Of a stretch of 64,000 bases of DNA, positions 1 through 15,042 are shown one piece after another (the first letter of the stretch is position 1; each line of letters begins with the position of its first letter). Position numbers and translations under genes: made by a program. Source of the DNA: Batkoa obscura (Eukaryota). The notes beneath the pieces are model-generated. The model did no database searches, was not told where the DNA came from, and saw only the letters and a program-made list of their open reading frames with translations. The stretch spans positions 186,001 through 250,000 of the forward strand of contig JASVEC010000012.1 of the NCBI GenBank assembly GCA_030770535.1. Reading direction: 5' to 3'.

Positions 1-1459
<1,459 letters not shown>

Positions 1460-1539
1460 AATTAAAAATTAAAAATTAAAATTAAGATGTTTATTTTGAT
1501 TTATTTTATGTCTAATCTTGATCTATTTTTTGTTTAAAT

Positions 1540-3514
1540 TTAAACTGTACATACAGTTGATTTAAAAAATTGTTTAGGATTACCATTAGATAATAGAAAT
1601 TTGCGATTTAATTCTTTTAAAGAGAAACCTAAAAATAAAAATAAAAAGATTAATATTAAATATAATAACAAATTATAATAAAAAATATATAAAAAGAATA
1701 AAATTTAATAAATTCAACTTACTCTTAAAAATTAAATGAGCTTCATTATAATATTTATAAATACTTTCTGCTTCTTTTAAATTGAAATTATTGATATTAA
1801 ATTGTTGATATTGAATCTTCTTATTCTCCGATACCCTTGATAGAAACTCATCATATTTGATCTCTTCTTCATTATTCTTATTATTAAATTCATTACTACT
1901 ATATTTTAAATCAATAGTAGAATTAGCTCCAATAATTAATCCTTGATTCTATTTAAGAGAATAAAAAAATATTATTAATATTAATATTAATATTAAATAT
2001 TAAATATAACAAAACTTACAAATTTCTTTTTACCACTAACAAATTGATTCAATTGATTAATAAACGATAATTGAGTGGCTTGAATGGGTTCACTATTTTT
2101 ATTAAAATAAGCGGTTGTACCGTAGAAATTATTAATTTCATCAATTGCTAATAAAACTGGGAATCTAATAAAAATTAAATTATTATTATTATTAGATATT
2201 ACTTAATTATTAAATATAAATTAATTCTTACTCTTTTTGTTTTTCAAGTACATCAAATAATAATTTCATACAATCCGTTGATACAGCTAAATCATTAATA
2301 CCATTGAGAATTATTTGATTTAATTTAGTTCCTTTAGAAAATTTAACTTGATTAAAGGTTACATCATTTTCTAACACAATCTAAATAAAAATAATATTAA
2401 TTAAATTTATTATTTTATTTTATTTTATTTTGTTCTTATATAAACTTACTTTATCTAAATTATCTTTATTAAGATATTGAACTTGTTTTAAAAATTCATT
2501 AATAAGTTGAGGTTGTTGATATAAATCTTTTTCAATATCTGGATTGTAACTACTTGTACCATTAACCCAGTTAATAGCTATAAAATAAATTATTGAAATT
2601 ATTATGATTAAATTATGATTCTATTAAATTTACCATTCGGTACATAAATTACAAACCAACTTTTTTTAATTAAACTATATGATACTAATTGAAGTAAATG
2701 ACTACTCTTTCCACTCCCAGACATACCGTCTATAATAAAAATATCACATATTAATATTATATTAATTATATTATTAATACTTACCAAGAATAATAGGCAA
2801 TTGTTGTTTTTTAGCATCCATTTCATTAATTAAATTAATCAATTTTAAACTTGAATTTCTTAATAATAAACTGGCTTCTCCAATAAAATTAAACTTTTAA
2901 ATTATTAATATTAGATAAATATTATCATCTTTATAGAAATCATAATAAAACTTACTTCTCTTTCTAAAAATTTGGGTAATAATTTTAATTTATCCGATTT
3001 TTTTAATACATTAGGTAAAGAAAATACTATATTTTCATTCGTTTCTACCATATTTTCCTATTAATAAAAGAAAATAATTCATTAAAAATTAAATTCCATT
3101 TCATTATAGAATAAGTGCTTACCACATTCATTTCAGGTACCATTAAACTAGTTGCTTGCATTAAACTCCAATTTTCAGGTTTAACTTGCTCTAAAGAAAT
3201 GACCTATTTTTATTTAATATTAATTCTTTTTTTCACGAGTTTTGAACATCATAAATATCTAAGCACTTACCCTTTTACTAGTATTACTAGGCCCTGATTT
3301 TTTAGTAAATGCAGTTGTTTTTTTGACTGTACCGCCTAATTGAATTGAATAAAATTTAATATTTTAATCTTGATTTCAAATTCAAGCTGTACAACATACC
3401 TGATTTCAAACATAATCCACCAAGGGTATTAAAATATCTTAAACTACTAGTTTGTTGAATTACTTTCAATCCGACCCAAGATTTATTTCCTTTAACTAAT
3501 GTTGAGGCTATCAT
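1540..3514 (-). CDS. RSM23: Mitochondrial small-subunit ribosomal protein mS29 (DAP3/Rsm23), multi-exon
   Basis: Presequence-like MIASTLVKGNKSW, P-loop GMSGSGKS followed by WFVIYVPN, PVLLAIDEINNFY, and C-terminal LSNGNP. Many short GT-AG introns. Confidence 0.8.
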
Positions 3515-3942
3515 TTTAAAATAATAAAATTCAAAATTCAAAAAATTGAAATTTAATGAATTTCTACATTTTGATCCTATTTTTATAAATCCCAATTTTT
3601 TTTCACAATTTCAATTCTTTTTGTTGAAGAAATTTCTTTTTGTGTCCGAAAGATTGAATATACGAATTAATATAGAATTTGCCAAAGTGACTTAATTTAT
3701 AAATTCAAAATAAAACTTGCCCACAACAAACACGATACTATAAAGTATATGGTCCCCACCTTTATGACTGGCTTTAATCGCTCCATGGTGTCCTCTTTCA
3801 CTTACTTTTATGAAGATCAACCCTTGTTTGACTTTGTCCCATCTCAAGTCCATTCATACTAACTCTCTCTTTTTAAACAAATAAAACAATGGTAATTTGG
3901 TGTCAAAAATAACTCAAGTAATAAAAGAAAGCAAAAAATAGT

Positions 3943-4950
3943 TTATTCGTCATCAATTTTAGGAGCTAAAAAGTATTGTAAATGACCCATATCATTAATA
4001 GGATATTCAATTAAGATAGGTAAACCTTCCGAAATATTTAAAGAAACGGTTGGTGATAAAGGAGTGGCTTTAGCAAATGAAAGTAAATATTTGACAGCAA
4101 ATCTTAGTGTGATTGGTGATGCACATCGAATTACAGTTTCTACAGTATCCTATAAAATTAGTTCTTAGTTATTGTTATCATTATTATTATTATTATTTTA
4201 AGATTAACAGTTATTATTGCTATTATTATTATTATTATTTTAAAAACTTACATTATCAATACTACTGTTTCCTGGTTTAATACAAGTAGAACCATTGCCA
4301 GTTTCACCATTAGCACCAAATTTAATACTTCCTTTGGAAACTTCAATGACAACTAAAAAAAATTGAATTTTAATTAAACAATCTTATTAAAAAAATCTAA
4401 TAAGAAAAACTTACTTGAATCACTTAAAGTACTAAGATCTCTACAAATTTTAAAGAATTCAGCTGAAGACATTGTAATAACGGTATCATATTTAGTTTCT
4501 GGGATACCAAAATCATCAGCATCAAGATTAATAAGACGAAGATCAAATTCGCTAACTCTAGTTTCATCTAATAAAAAAATTTAAAAAAATCAATATTATT
4601 ATTTTAAACCAAAACTAAAATTTTAACTTACTTTGAGAACTAAAAGTCAATCCTAAAGTTTGAGCTTCATCATCTGCTTTTAAAACAATACTATCATCAT
4701 TTCCTGAACATTTTAATATTTTATTCAAAGATAACAAGGATAATCCAAGAGTCAAATGACGATCACATCGATATGGTTCAAAGCCGTCTGCTTTTAGCAA
4801 TAAAGAAATTAAAGCTACATGGCTGGGATCAATAGCTTGTACTTTAATACCATGATCATCACAATTGAAATTGGCTTCATTAACTAAATCTTTTAATGCT
4901 TCAATTACTTTTTTTAATACACTGCCTTGGGTTAATTTAGCTTCAAGCAT
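3943..4950 (-). CDS. POL30: Proliferating cell nuclear antigen (4 exons)
   Basis: MLEAKL..LKKVIEALKDLVNEANF..QAIDPSHVAL..YRCDRH, C-terminal YFLAPKIDDE*. Confidence 0.97.
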
Positions 4951-5868
4951 CTTAATAAATTGAATATTGATAATTTGATTAAGGTAATTTTGATCAATAT
5001 TGATCAAGTCGATTTTTATTCTTATCCTTCATCACTAGTTTCTAGGATAAATCATTGGTTAGAAACACGCTTTCTCATTAAGGTCGAGTTTGATTCGTTA
5101 TTATCAAGTTGATAATAATAGTTCCAATTTCTCCCATAATATTTTGATATTTTAGTGTCTATTCTAGGTAAATTAAGACTTTGATTCAAAAATAAGAATT
5201 TTATAACCAATCAAAAGAGGTTAAAAATTTCTAATTCTTTTAGCGTGTTCCCGTTTTTTAATACTTGAGAGAAAAGCTATCAACATTCAATAGTTTATTT
5301 GATGTCAAAGTTGTATCAAAACATCATAAAACTTAGTTATAGGAGTGACTTATTAATTAATTTATAATTTATATTATATTTATACATCTTGTTGTTTTTG
5401 AATGTGTTATCAATCCTTTATCAAATTTTAGAGATCGTGTTTTTTTTATAAATTTAAAAATATTGATGTTTTTTCTTATTTTGATTTAAACTATTTTTTT
5501 ATAATTTATATCTTTTGTAGCTATTGTATATAAAGTAAATTATTTTTAGCTTTATTTATACTAAGCATTGGTTTTAAAATTTAATACTATATTTTATTAG
5601 TTTTACTTTTTTCATTATAAGTTTACTTTATTCTCTATAGAATTGTATATAAAGTGATCGAGTTTTTCTAATGCCTTGTTATTTAATTAATTATCAGTTA
5701 TCGAATTTATAGATATCTACTATTGTTGAATAACTTAATAAAATCAAAATGTTAACTATAGTTATCTTATTAAAATTATAATCTACTTAATTTACTAAAA
5801 GTAGTTTATTTAAAAAACTCAAAATTAGAATAAAAGTTAAATTTATTATATTAATATATTAACTTTAT

Positions 5869-6837
5869 TTAATTTAAAATAAATTTAGCAATACTATCTT
5901 GTACTTCATCATAAGTAGAAATTTGATCATGTTCACCAAGTTCATCTTAGATAACATCAAATTGTTTTGATACAATATCATATAAATGCTCAGCAAATTG
6001 AATTGTTTGCTGAGAGCTAATAAGGGTATCCTCAGCAGAATCAATTACCAAATACTTTGGTAGTGAAGCATAACTGATCTTGTTCAATGAATCAGAAGTA
6101 ACACTATATTGTGGAGATGCCTTTTTCCATGCATCTGATTTGTTAGTACCAAATGCAAGTTCAATAAATTGATGAATATATAAACTATCTTGTTTAATTA
6201 ATGATTCTAGATCAAAGATACCACCAATTTAAATGAAACCTTTGATTTTATTTACGAACTTACTGTTATTAGTATATTGATTAATATCTAATGCCAATAG
6301 AGCACTTAAATGAGCACCTGCTGAATGACCACCAACAACTATTTTACTATCTTTTAGGTTTAAACTATTTAAAGAAAAAGTAATGTTAAAGAAACCATTT
6401 AAAGTATTTTTGATGTGACTTGGATATTTAATCCCATTGTTTCCACCTTTTTGGCTTAAGTGGTGATGGATGATAGCAGTTACAATACCATAATCTTTAG
6501 CTAAGTTGGCTGCCATAATTTTACTTGGTTCTATATGGGGATGTATTTTTTTGTTTAAGAATTTTACTAACAATCTTTCCGCTCAAATAGCGCTTAAAAA
6601 TGGAAAAAATAATGAAACCAAAAAAAACATCCCCATATCTTCAGATACTCATGCGCCACTTGAAATCCATATCAATAAAGGAGAGTTTAAAGTATAGTTC
6701 GAGGGAGCAATTGAGTCATAAAAATTATATAGATTTAAATTGTTATATCTACAAGTATTCTCGTTTACGTTTTCAGGTTTAGCATAATTTCTATATTATT
6801 AGTGAATAGCTTTAATTAAATGAAGAAAACTTTTCAT
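5869..6837 (-). pseudogene. Alpha/beta-hydrolase (kynurenine formamidase/BD-FAE-like) pseudogene, MITE-disrupted; paralog of 25597-26412
   Basis: GHSAG nucleophile motif present. In-frame stops near 6649-6651 (TGA for Trp), 6229-6231 and ~5947-5949. MITE inserted at 6537-6634. 5' end approximate. Confidence 0.85.
6537..6634 (-). mobile_element. MITE family A copy (98 bp; GGGG..CCCC TIRs; flanked by ATAT). Strand + is defined as GGGGGTGTTTT...ATACATCCCC
   Basis: ATAT-GGGGATGTATTTTTT...AAAAAAACATCCCC-ATAT. The empty site (single ATAT) is seen in the paralog at ~25742-25745. Confidence 0.92.
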
Positions 6838-7005
6838 TTCTACAAATACCCATGGAGTTTATAAACTAATTCAAGAATATTAAATTTTAATTAAGTGAAA
6901 CTAGCAATAAACTTAGAGTAAAAAAAATAGATCGAATGATCATGGCACTTAATAATTTTATTTTTAATATTTAAGCTTAGAGATAATGAATAGCTGTTTG
7001 AATAT

Positions 7006-7101
7006 GGTGTGTTTTTTTGGCTTCATTACTTTTTCCATCTTTTAAGCACTATTGAGCGGAAAACTTGTTAGTAAAATTCTTAAACACAAAAATACATCCC
7101 C
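7006..7101 (+). mobile_element. MITE family A copy
   Basis: ATAT-GGTGTGTTTTTTTGG...AAAATACATCCCC-ATAT with the same internal sequence. Confidence 0.88.
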
Positions 7102-7897
7102 ATATATTTATAATAATTTAGTTGGGTTTTTTTATATTCTTCAAGTAGAAGACTAGCTGCTTATATACCTTTGTATAAAGATATAAGCAATACACTGTAG
7201 CAACTCTTCAATAAAGTCCTTTATACCCATAGTGCTCTAAATCATAGAAAACAAGTAGACATTTTCTTAATGTGATTATAATGATACAACTTTATCATTA
7301 TTGTAAAATATAGTCTTGGACTGGACTTTACTTTATAAAACATTAAAATACAAATATTCAATTTAAGGACTTTTGGTAAACACGTTCATTCGGCTGTGTA
7401 TAGATTGCCAAAAATAATCAAAATAATCCGATGTAATTATAGTTAATTAAACTTTATTATCTTATCCCGAATTTCTTAGTAATAATTTTCTTATTGAACT
7501 AAAAGTATGAAAAAAGCAATGTAAGAACCCATATGACAAAAAATTACATATGCTTAGGTGCTCTGAATTATCAAAAAATAAAGATTAATTCAAAATAAAG
7601 TGTAGTAAAAAAAACTTTATCGTTTCATACTAAAATATTATTATAGTTATAAATATATAATATAAGCAAATAACGTATGAACCATCTTAATAAATTTCAA
7701 TAACCTTAACATTTTAAAGTAAATAAATCAAACACTAACGTGATGCGATTATAACATTATATTAAATTATCCTACAGCATATACAATTAGTAACTACTTT
7801 AACCTTACTAAAGGAAAAGATAAATAACACAATATAAGAATTTTCCCAGGAAAGCCCTAATACACTTTCTGTCCTTAATAATAATAAATTATAATAT

Positions 7898-7962
7898 GGG
7901 GATGTATTTTTTTGTTTAAGGATTTTACTAACAATCTTTTCACTCAAATAGCGCTTAAAAAT
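7898..7962 (-). mobile_element. MITE family A truncated copy
   Basis: ATAT-GGGGATGTATTTTTTTG...CTCAAATAGCGCTTAAAAAT, after which homology is lost. Confidence 0.8.
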
Positions 7963-8255
7963 ACAATATATTAACCTTTTTATAATAAATATTGAAAGTT
8001 TTGGATTGAATATGACGATAAAATTTTATATTTTTATAATGTTCACACCTGGTAGTGAAATAGAATTTTAAAATGAATGTAAACAAATCTAATATAAAAG
8101 TTATCCGATAAAATACCTAATATTTCAAATCATAGATCCTAAAAAAATAATTAAACAATATATGGATGATTATATTATTAAAATTACCATTAAATAACAT
8201 AAACCCTTGATTGTAAGTTTGAATTTTATAAAATACAAATTACTATAGTATATAT

Positions 8256-8353
8256 GGGGGTGTTTTTTTTGGTCTCATTATTTTTTCCATTTTTTAAGCG
8301 CTATTTGAGTGGAAAGATTGTTAGCAAAATTCTTAAACAAAAAAAACATCCCC
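8256..8353 (+). mobile_element. MITE family A copy
   Basis: ATAT-GGGGGTGTTTT...AAAACATCCCC-ATAT. Confidence 0.9.
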
Positions 8354-9047
8354 ATATATTATTTTTACTAATACCTTAAAGAATTAAAAAAAGCGTTATA
8401 AATTTATTTTTTATTTTTTTATTTTCTTATTTTTGCAAGTTTTTAATGTTGAATTGCATATTTAAAAAAATTATTTGTTAAACTTAGTTCAATTACTACT
8501 TTTTTTCATTATAATATTTATTTACATAAACTTTGATCCTTGCAGAATATAAAATAGATAGGATGAATAACTGTAAACTAGTAAGCTATAATAATGATAT
8601 TATTTAATTTAGTATTAAGATAAGCTTTTAATAAATTAAATTTTTTAGCTAATTCGTCCATAATTTATTAAAATTTGATACTTTAATACTCATATTACCA
8701 GTTATGTTATTACTACTAACTGTTTCATTTGATTTATTATTGTTAGTATAATACTAAACTACTAATGATAAACTTTAGTATTACCTCTTCTTAAGTCTAA
8801 TTCCAAATACTTCTAAGTGAGTCTTTAAAATAATTAAAACTTTTTTAAATAACCACTACTACTACTTCTTATATTTATCAAAACAACCTTCTAAAATATA
8901 TCCTTAACAAATTACCTCTTCAAATAACAATCCCTGCCTATAGTCATTCACATCTTCAAATAACAAACAATAAATAGTTTAAATACATTTATATTTTATT
9001 CATATTTTTTTAAATTTCAAAAAGTAAGTCTGTTAAACGTCAACTAT

Positions 9048-10223
9048 TTACCATCCCCTTTGAGAATATTTTTGGCTAGCTGGGAGGTCATCACAGTTGA
9101 TACCAACCATAGCTTCACCTAAATTCTCTGATACTTCAGCAAGTGTTTTAGCATCTTTATAATGGGTAACAGCTTGTACAATAGCTTTGGCACGTTTAGC
9201 GGCATCACCTGATTTAAAGATACCCTAATAAAAACATTAGTACTAATTTGACTTATTTACTTAAAAAACTTACAGATCCAACGAAAACACCATCACAACC
9301 TAATTGCATCATGAGGGCAGCATCAGCTGGGGTGGCAACACCACCAGCAGCAAAGTTAACAACTGGGAGACGACCTAATTTAGCGGTTTCCTTTAATAAG
9401 TCAAATGGAGCACGTAATTCTTTAGCATAAGCATATAATTCTTGTTCAGACATAAGTTGAGCACGACGAATTTGAGCAGAAACAGTACGAGTGTGACGTA
9501 CAGCTTCAATCACATTACCAGTTCCAGCTTCACCCTGAAAAATAAAAATTGTCAATTTGGATTGATTTTTAAATTAAATTATAATTATAATTACCTTGGT
9601 ACGGATCATAGCAGCACCTTCATTAATACGACGTAAAGCTTCACCAAGATCTTTGCAACCGCAAACGAAAGGTACTTTAAAGTCAGATTTGTTGATGTGA
9701 TGTTCATCATCAGCTGGGGTAAGTACTTCGGATTCATCAATATAATCAATATCAATAGCTTCAAGGATCTTTATATATTGCATAAAAAATGACCGAAAAA
9801 TAATACAAATTAAATTACCTGAGCTTCAACAAAGTGACCGATACGTACTTTAGCCATAACTGGAATGGTTACGGCTTCTTTAATCTTTTTGATCATATCT
9901 GGGTCAGACATACGTGCTACACCACCATCTTTACGAATATCAGCTGGTACTCTTTCTAAAGCCATAACAGCACAGGCCCCAGCTTCTTCAGCAATACGAG
10001 CTTGCTCAGCATTTACGACATCCATGATGACACCTCCCTAATAATTGAATTAGTATGTTTGTTTAGAGTTAGTATTAGTTTATTAGCGTGATTATTGTAT
10101 AAAATTGAAATATTTAATAAAAATAGATAGAAAATAATACATTACCTTTAACATTTTAGCCATACCAGCTTTAACTTCGAAAGTGGCAGTGGAAACATTG
10201 TTTTGAGCGTTAGTAGCAGTCAT
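9048..10223 (-). CDS. PDX1: Pyridoxal 5'-phosphate synthase subunit PDX1/SNZ (5 exons)
   Basis: [66 protein letters not shown]-terminal QRGW*. Confidence 0.97.
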
Positions 10224-10934
10224 TGTTTAGTATGTATTTATTTTTAGTTTAAAAAAATAGAGCCATCTAGTTATAGTATCTTCTTTTTATACCTTCGATT
10301 TTTTTAGTATAGCTTCCTTTTGGTTAGTTTCGATGTTAGCCAATGATCTCGATTACCTTCTATTTCTTAGTGGTTTGAAGATCCAATCAGTTAACAGCCT
10401 TTAAAGGTTGAAAAATTTCGCTTTTTTATTCTTTGGATTTGATAGATTTTTATTTGAGTTAAGACTTTTCAAACTTATTTAGTCAATCTCTTGAAAATTT
10501 AAATTCAATGACTCATTATTTTCTCGGATTTGAACCAATCATTGAGTTTGCTTTATTTTTTATACTCGCTTCTATTATTTTGAAGAATTAAATAGTTGGT
10601 TTGCAGTAGTCTATTTGTAATACGATTGAAGTACAAAATAGTTGATTATAATAAATAATTATTAAATAATTAAAAAATAAAATCGAAATTTAAATATTAC
10701 TTTAGTAGATTATTTCAAAATAAATAATATTTCAAATTTTTGCCATTAATATCAAATTAAGACTCTTACTATTTTAGATGAATTAATTTAATAAAAGTCA
10801 TCATCACTCTATCCCTTAATTATTATAACTTCTAATTTTCAATCCATTTATTTTTTCGCTTATAAATTAACGAACCTTATAGTCCCATTATTCATTCTTT
10901 TTACCCGAAAAAAAAGAAAATAGAACTATCAATT

Positions 10935-11635
10935 ATGAAGTTCATTATTACTTGCTTCCAAATACTAAATTTAATATATTTAATAACTAGCTGCGATTTA
11001 ACTCACTGGTACTATAATCAAGTAAAGACACATTAAAAATTTAAGATATGATGTATTAACGTGATACTCTGTTTTTCTAGGAAACTACACTTGCTATAGT
11101 TAAGCCTGAGTTTGCTAATGTGAATAATATGGAAATTATTTCTAGTTATATAATAAATCAAGGGAGCGAAGAAGGACAAAAATTGGAACTTATTAATTGG
11201 AGAAAAGAAAAACTGGATAAAGTGAAAGTGAAAGAATTTTATGAAGAACATGTGGATAAAGGGTTTTTTGAAGATCTGGTGAAATACATGATTAGGTAAA
11301 ATAAGATCATTATGCTATAACACTTTTAGTTTATTAAAATAAAAATGATAGTGATGAAGTTTATCTATTTCAACTAAAAGGATATAAAGCTATTAGTAGG
11401 TGGCGTAATTATATTGGTAGTACTGACCCAGAAGTTGATAGAAAGAATAATGTAAATAGGTAAAATAACAATATCAATAATATAAAACTATATAAACTAT
11501 ATAAACTAACAATATCAATTTTATTAACCATATGTTAGCTTACGTGCTTTGATAGGTTTAGATAAGACTAAAAACGGGTTTCATGGTTCAGATTCACTGT
11601 TATCAAGTGTAAGAGAAATTGATTTGTTTTATTAA
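10935..11635 (+). CDS. Nucleoside diphosphate kinase family protein with signal-peptide-like first exon (4 exons; absent from the ORF track)
   Basis: Exons 10935-11021, 11081-11295, 11352-11459 and 11539-11635 splice in frame. Translation: MKFIITCFQILNLIYLITSCD..ETTLAIVKP..FYEEHVDKGFF..WRNYIGSTDP..SLRALIGLDKTKNGFHGSDS..REIDLFY*. Catalytic His present. Confidence 0.85.
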
Positions 11636-11679
11636 AGTAATAAAAAGTGAACAAACTTTTAAATATTCAAAAAAATCAT

Positions 11680-14600
11680 TTATTTTTTATTCTCAATAAT
11701 AGTTAAAATGTCCGTAACTTCATTAAGTACAATGACAGATGGGAAAAAGAGAGTCACGAATAGATTGACGGAAACAGCGGAAAAGGAAGTGACAACAGCA
11801 AATATATAACGTGGAGCAAATAATTTCCAAACCATTAAATGACGTTGATGGTATCCTGCCCATAATGAAGAAAATGCTAAATCTAAACTAAAGATTAAGA
11901 AATACACATTAAAATATCTCATCAAACAATGGGGTATAGTAGTGTATAGCTTATTTAAATTAGGTTCTGATTTAAAATAATAAATGTAAAGCATAGCTAA
12001 GGCTATTAAAATTTGTCCTGAGGTGGTATTAAGGATGATTAATAAAGGAGAAAGTAAGTTATGCTTTTCGTATAAACCAACAAACCCGATATTCCATTGT
12101 AATGAAGATAAAGTGGCCTGATGTCCAGTTGAAAAAAATATTAATTTGGATACTAAAAACAACCATAATACAAAACTGATTTGAAGGGAGTTTGGTAAAA
12201 TGGATGACTTATTATTATCACCTCTAGGTAATAATAAATAAATCTCCTTAATTAAATCAACAATATTTGAATATATTATTATTGCTATGAGCCCAAGGGA
12301 TACTACTATACTTCCCATGGGTAATTGTACTGAGATTAGTAACAAGTAAATTATACTTAAAAATAATAAGATTGGAGCAGCATACCCATTGCCAATACCT
12401 AATACTACCATCGAATGAATTACACTATTATTATTATCTTTATCATCAGCATTTGTGTTGTTGTATTGAATCATTTCAACATTAATAAGTAATGGATTAC
12501 TGAAAAACAAGAATAAACCAGTAATTAAAAATAAACTGATTGTTAAACGTATCAAATAAATCTTGATAAAATTAAGTAAATCAAAATACACTGGATTTTC
12601 ATTGATTAATGTAATATTATTATTATCTATAAAATAATATAATGTTATTAACACTACATAAACTGGGAATAGATAATCCATCCAAATAGGTGCTGATGTG
12701 AAATAACTCTTTGTTTGTTTAAATTGATAAACTATCAAATTCTTTAACAAAAACGCTACCATCAAACTAATTAATATGACTGGATAAGATGTAATAGTTG
12801 AAAAGGACTCTAAAGAATTAGTGGCATTACTCAACATAGCAAACAACTTATTATTGAATAAAATGTTAGTCAAATTATAAAATGTTGGTTTACAATATTC
12901 CATCTGTTCTTCTCTACAAATAGTAATTTGGTATTGAATTGTAAATAATAGTAACAAAGCTGAACTGTATTGTACTAATTTATTGCTGTTTGTTTTCATA
13001 ATATTGCTCCTATTATCCGTATTGTTATTATTGTTTAAATAAAACTTTAAATAACAAATAAGTCCAACATGATAAAACACCAACAAATAATAAATTAAAG
13101 AGTCTTCACTGATTACTAAATTGACTGAAGCGTTGGTAAATATAATAAATAATATCGTAATTACATTATTCACTATAAAAAACAAATCCATAGAATTGTA
13201 ATTAACATTAATAATATTCTTAATATTAAGCTTAACAATTGATTCCTTTTCCATAGTTTCGTAACCAAAATTAATAAAATATCCAACAACGGATGCTGCT
13301 AATATTGAAAAGATAAAATTATCTTCTAAAACTGGGGTAGCTCTAATTATACCTAATAATCCACAGATACCACCGATAAATCCTGTTCCAAATAATAAAG
13401 ATAATAATCTACCCATCCTTAGATTAAAGTTATTTTCATACTGTTTCGTGGGATATGTTTTAAACATTATTTCACATGCTAACATTACACAACTTACTAA
13501 CAATAAAAATAATCCCATCTGAATATTCGTTTGATTAAATTGAGCCCATCGATTTTTACAATTATTTAAATTCAAATTGAAAAATTGATAGGAATTTGAA
13601 ATTAATTGCTTTAAATCATTAATATCAACGCTCTCTTTATTATTGACATTCTCAATAGCATCATTAAACTTATTATAATATTCCAACAACTCATCGTTAA
13701 TGTGTAATGGATCATTTGGATTTAATTTGTTATATTCATTTAAATACGTATAGATTTGCTTTATATTTCTTTTAAGGTAATTAATAAATCGAATATCATT
13801 TACGTCACTTAAAAATAAATCTAGAATTACTTTGCCCAAATTATTAAAAGGTACCTCTAAGCCCATTAATAAACTAAATGTTGGTACAAAATCAATTTGA
13901 TTAACAGTACGTACCTTATCATTAAATACATGATTGATTTGATTTCCATTAATTAATTCATTATAACTGTTATCTTCATTCAATAAGTTTAATTTCATAA
14001 ATAACTCTTTCTGTTGATAATAATCCCTGATCTTCTTCTTACTCAAAACAATCAATCCAGCTTCAATCTCATTATTACTTTCTCCACCATGGTCTCCTTT
14101 CATATCCATACCATGGTCACCAAACACAAACAGTATTGTATCTTCGTCCATCTTTTGATATAAATCAAAGATAAACTCATCCATCTGTTTCAACTTTCTT
14201 TTCATTTCACTATGGTTAGGTCCATATCTATGCCCACAATGATCGACCCCCAAAAAATGAGCAATAATCACATCCCATTCCTTTTCTGCGTTTTTGTTGT
14301 AAAACACATCATCAAATTGTTGAAATATACTATTATCTACGGTATCTAAGTCCCAAACATTGAATGAATCAGAGCCTAGCTCTATATCAAACTTATTAGG
14401 ATATAAACTTAACCAAGTATCATCCCCTAAAAAGGCAATAGATTTATTATTATTTACTAATTGACTAATTATGTTATCCTCTGTTATATTTCCTCCATTA
14501 AAATTAGCACCGGCATCGATAAAAGTTGGTAATGAACCGGTAGTCAAACCTTTGATCCTTTGTAAAGTAGTAGTTGGAGCATCAGCGATAAATTTAAATA

Positions 14601-15042
14601 ACAAATTATTATCTGCCTCTGACAACAATTTATTCACTTTTTCAAATTGATTCAAATATTCTTTATCCTTAATTAACTTACCCTCACTATCTTTAGCTTC
14701 TGAAACAAACTCATACTTTAAGGCATCAATTAATACAATGATACTTTTGGTGAATTTTGGTTCTATCTTACTACTTCCTAAATCTACAGTCTCATTGTCT
14801 AAAGTCACTCTCGTCAATAGGAATCCATCTTTAAAAAATCGACTACCAAAAGCTAAAAGCATGAAAATGTATAGTAGAAATAAACTCATCGATACATGAG
14901 TACGTGTGATGTGTTGATGGTTATCATATTGCTCCTTTTCAATCTTCCTTTGGATGTACTTTTGTTCTTCTACTTGGTTAGCGTCGGCAGCGGAAGTTGA
15001 CGCAGCTGGTTTATTAGCTGGTGGATTACGTTGTCTTGACAT
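11680..15042 (-). CDS. GPI13: GPI ethanolamine phosphate transferase 3 (GPI13/PIG-O)
   Basis: DAPTTTLQRIKGLTTGSLPTFIDAG, AHFLGVDHCGH, GDHGM..GDHGG, FFSTGHQAT, RHLMVWKLFAPR. Multiple hydrophobic TM segments. Confidence 0.93.
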   Translation of the reverse strand: MSRQRNPPANKPAASTSAADANQVEEQKYIQRKIEKEQYDNHQHITRTHVSMSLFLLYIFMLLAFGSRFFKDGFLLTRVTLDNETVDLGSSKIEPKFTKSIIVLIDALKYEFVSEAKDSEGKLIKDKEYLNQFEKVNKLLSEADNNLLFKFIADAPTTTLQRIKGLTTGSLPTFIDAGANFNGGNITEDNIISQLVNNNKSIAFLGDDTWLSLYPNKFDIELGSDSFNVWDLDTVDNSIFQQFDDVFYNKNAEKEWDVIIAHFLGVDHCGHRYGPNHSEMKRKLKQMDEFIFDLYQKMDEDTILFVFGDHGMDMKGDHGGESNNEIEAGLIVLSKKKIRDYYQQKELFMKLNLLNEDNSYNELINGNQINHVFNDKVRTVNQIDFVPTFSLLMGLEVPFNNLGKVILDLFLSDVNDIRFINYLKRNIKQIYTYLNEYNKLNPNDPLHINDELLEYYNKFNDAIENVNNKESVDINDLKQLISNSYQFFNLNLNNCKNRWAQFNQTNIQMGLFLLLVSCVMLACEIMFKTYPTKQYENNFNLRMGRLLSLLFGTGFIGGICGLLGIIRATPVLEDNFIFSILAASVVGYFINFGYETMEKESIVKLNIKNIINVNYNSMDLFFIVNNVITILFIIFTNASVNLVISEDSLIYYLLVFYHVGLICYLKFYLNNNNNTDNRSNIMKTNSNKLVQYSSALLLLFTIQYQITICREEQMEYCKPTFYNLTNILFNNKLFAMLSNATNSLESFSTITSYPVILISLMVAFLLKNLIVYQFKQTKSYFTSAPIWMDYLFPVYVVLITLYYFIDNNNITLINENPVYFDLLNFIKIYLIRLTISLFLITGLFLFFSNPLLINVEMIQYNNTNADDKDNNNSVIHSMVVLGIGNGYAAPILLFLSIIYLLLISVQLPMGSIVVSLGLIAIIIYSNIVDLIKEIYLLLPRGDNNKSSILPNSLQISFVLWLFLVSKLIFFSTGHQATLSSLQWNIGFVGLYEKHNLLSPLLIILNTTSGQILIALAMLYIYYFKSEPNLNKLYTTIPHCLMRYFNVYFLIFSLDLAFSSLWAGYHQRHLMVWKLFAPRYIFAVVTSFSAVSVNLFVTLFFPSVIVLNEVTDILTIIENKK

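Noticed and set aside
10224..10934. Divergent PDX2/SNO partner next to PDX1, as in yeasts
   Set aside because: The divergent neighbour is the NDK gene, and no glutaminase motifs were seen.
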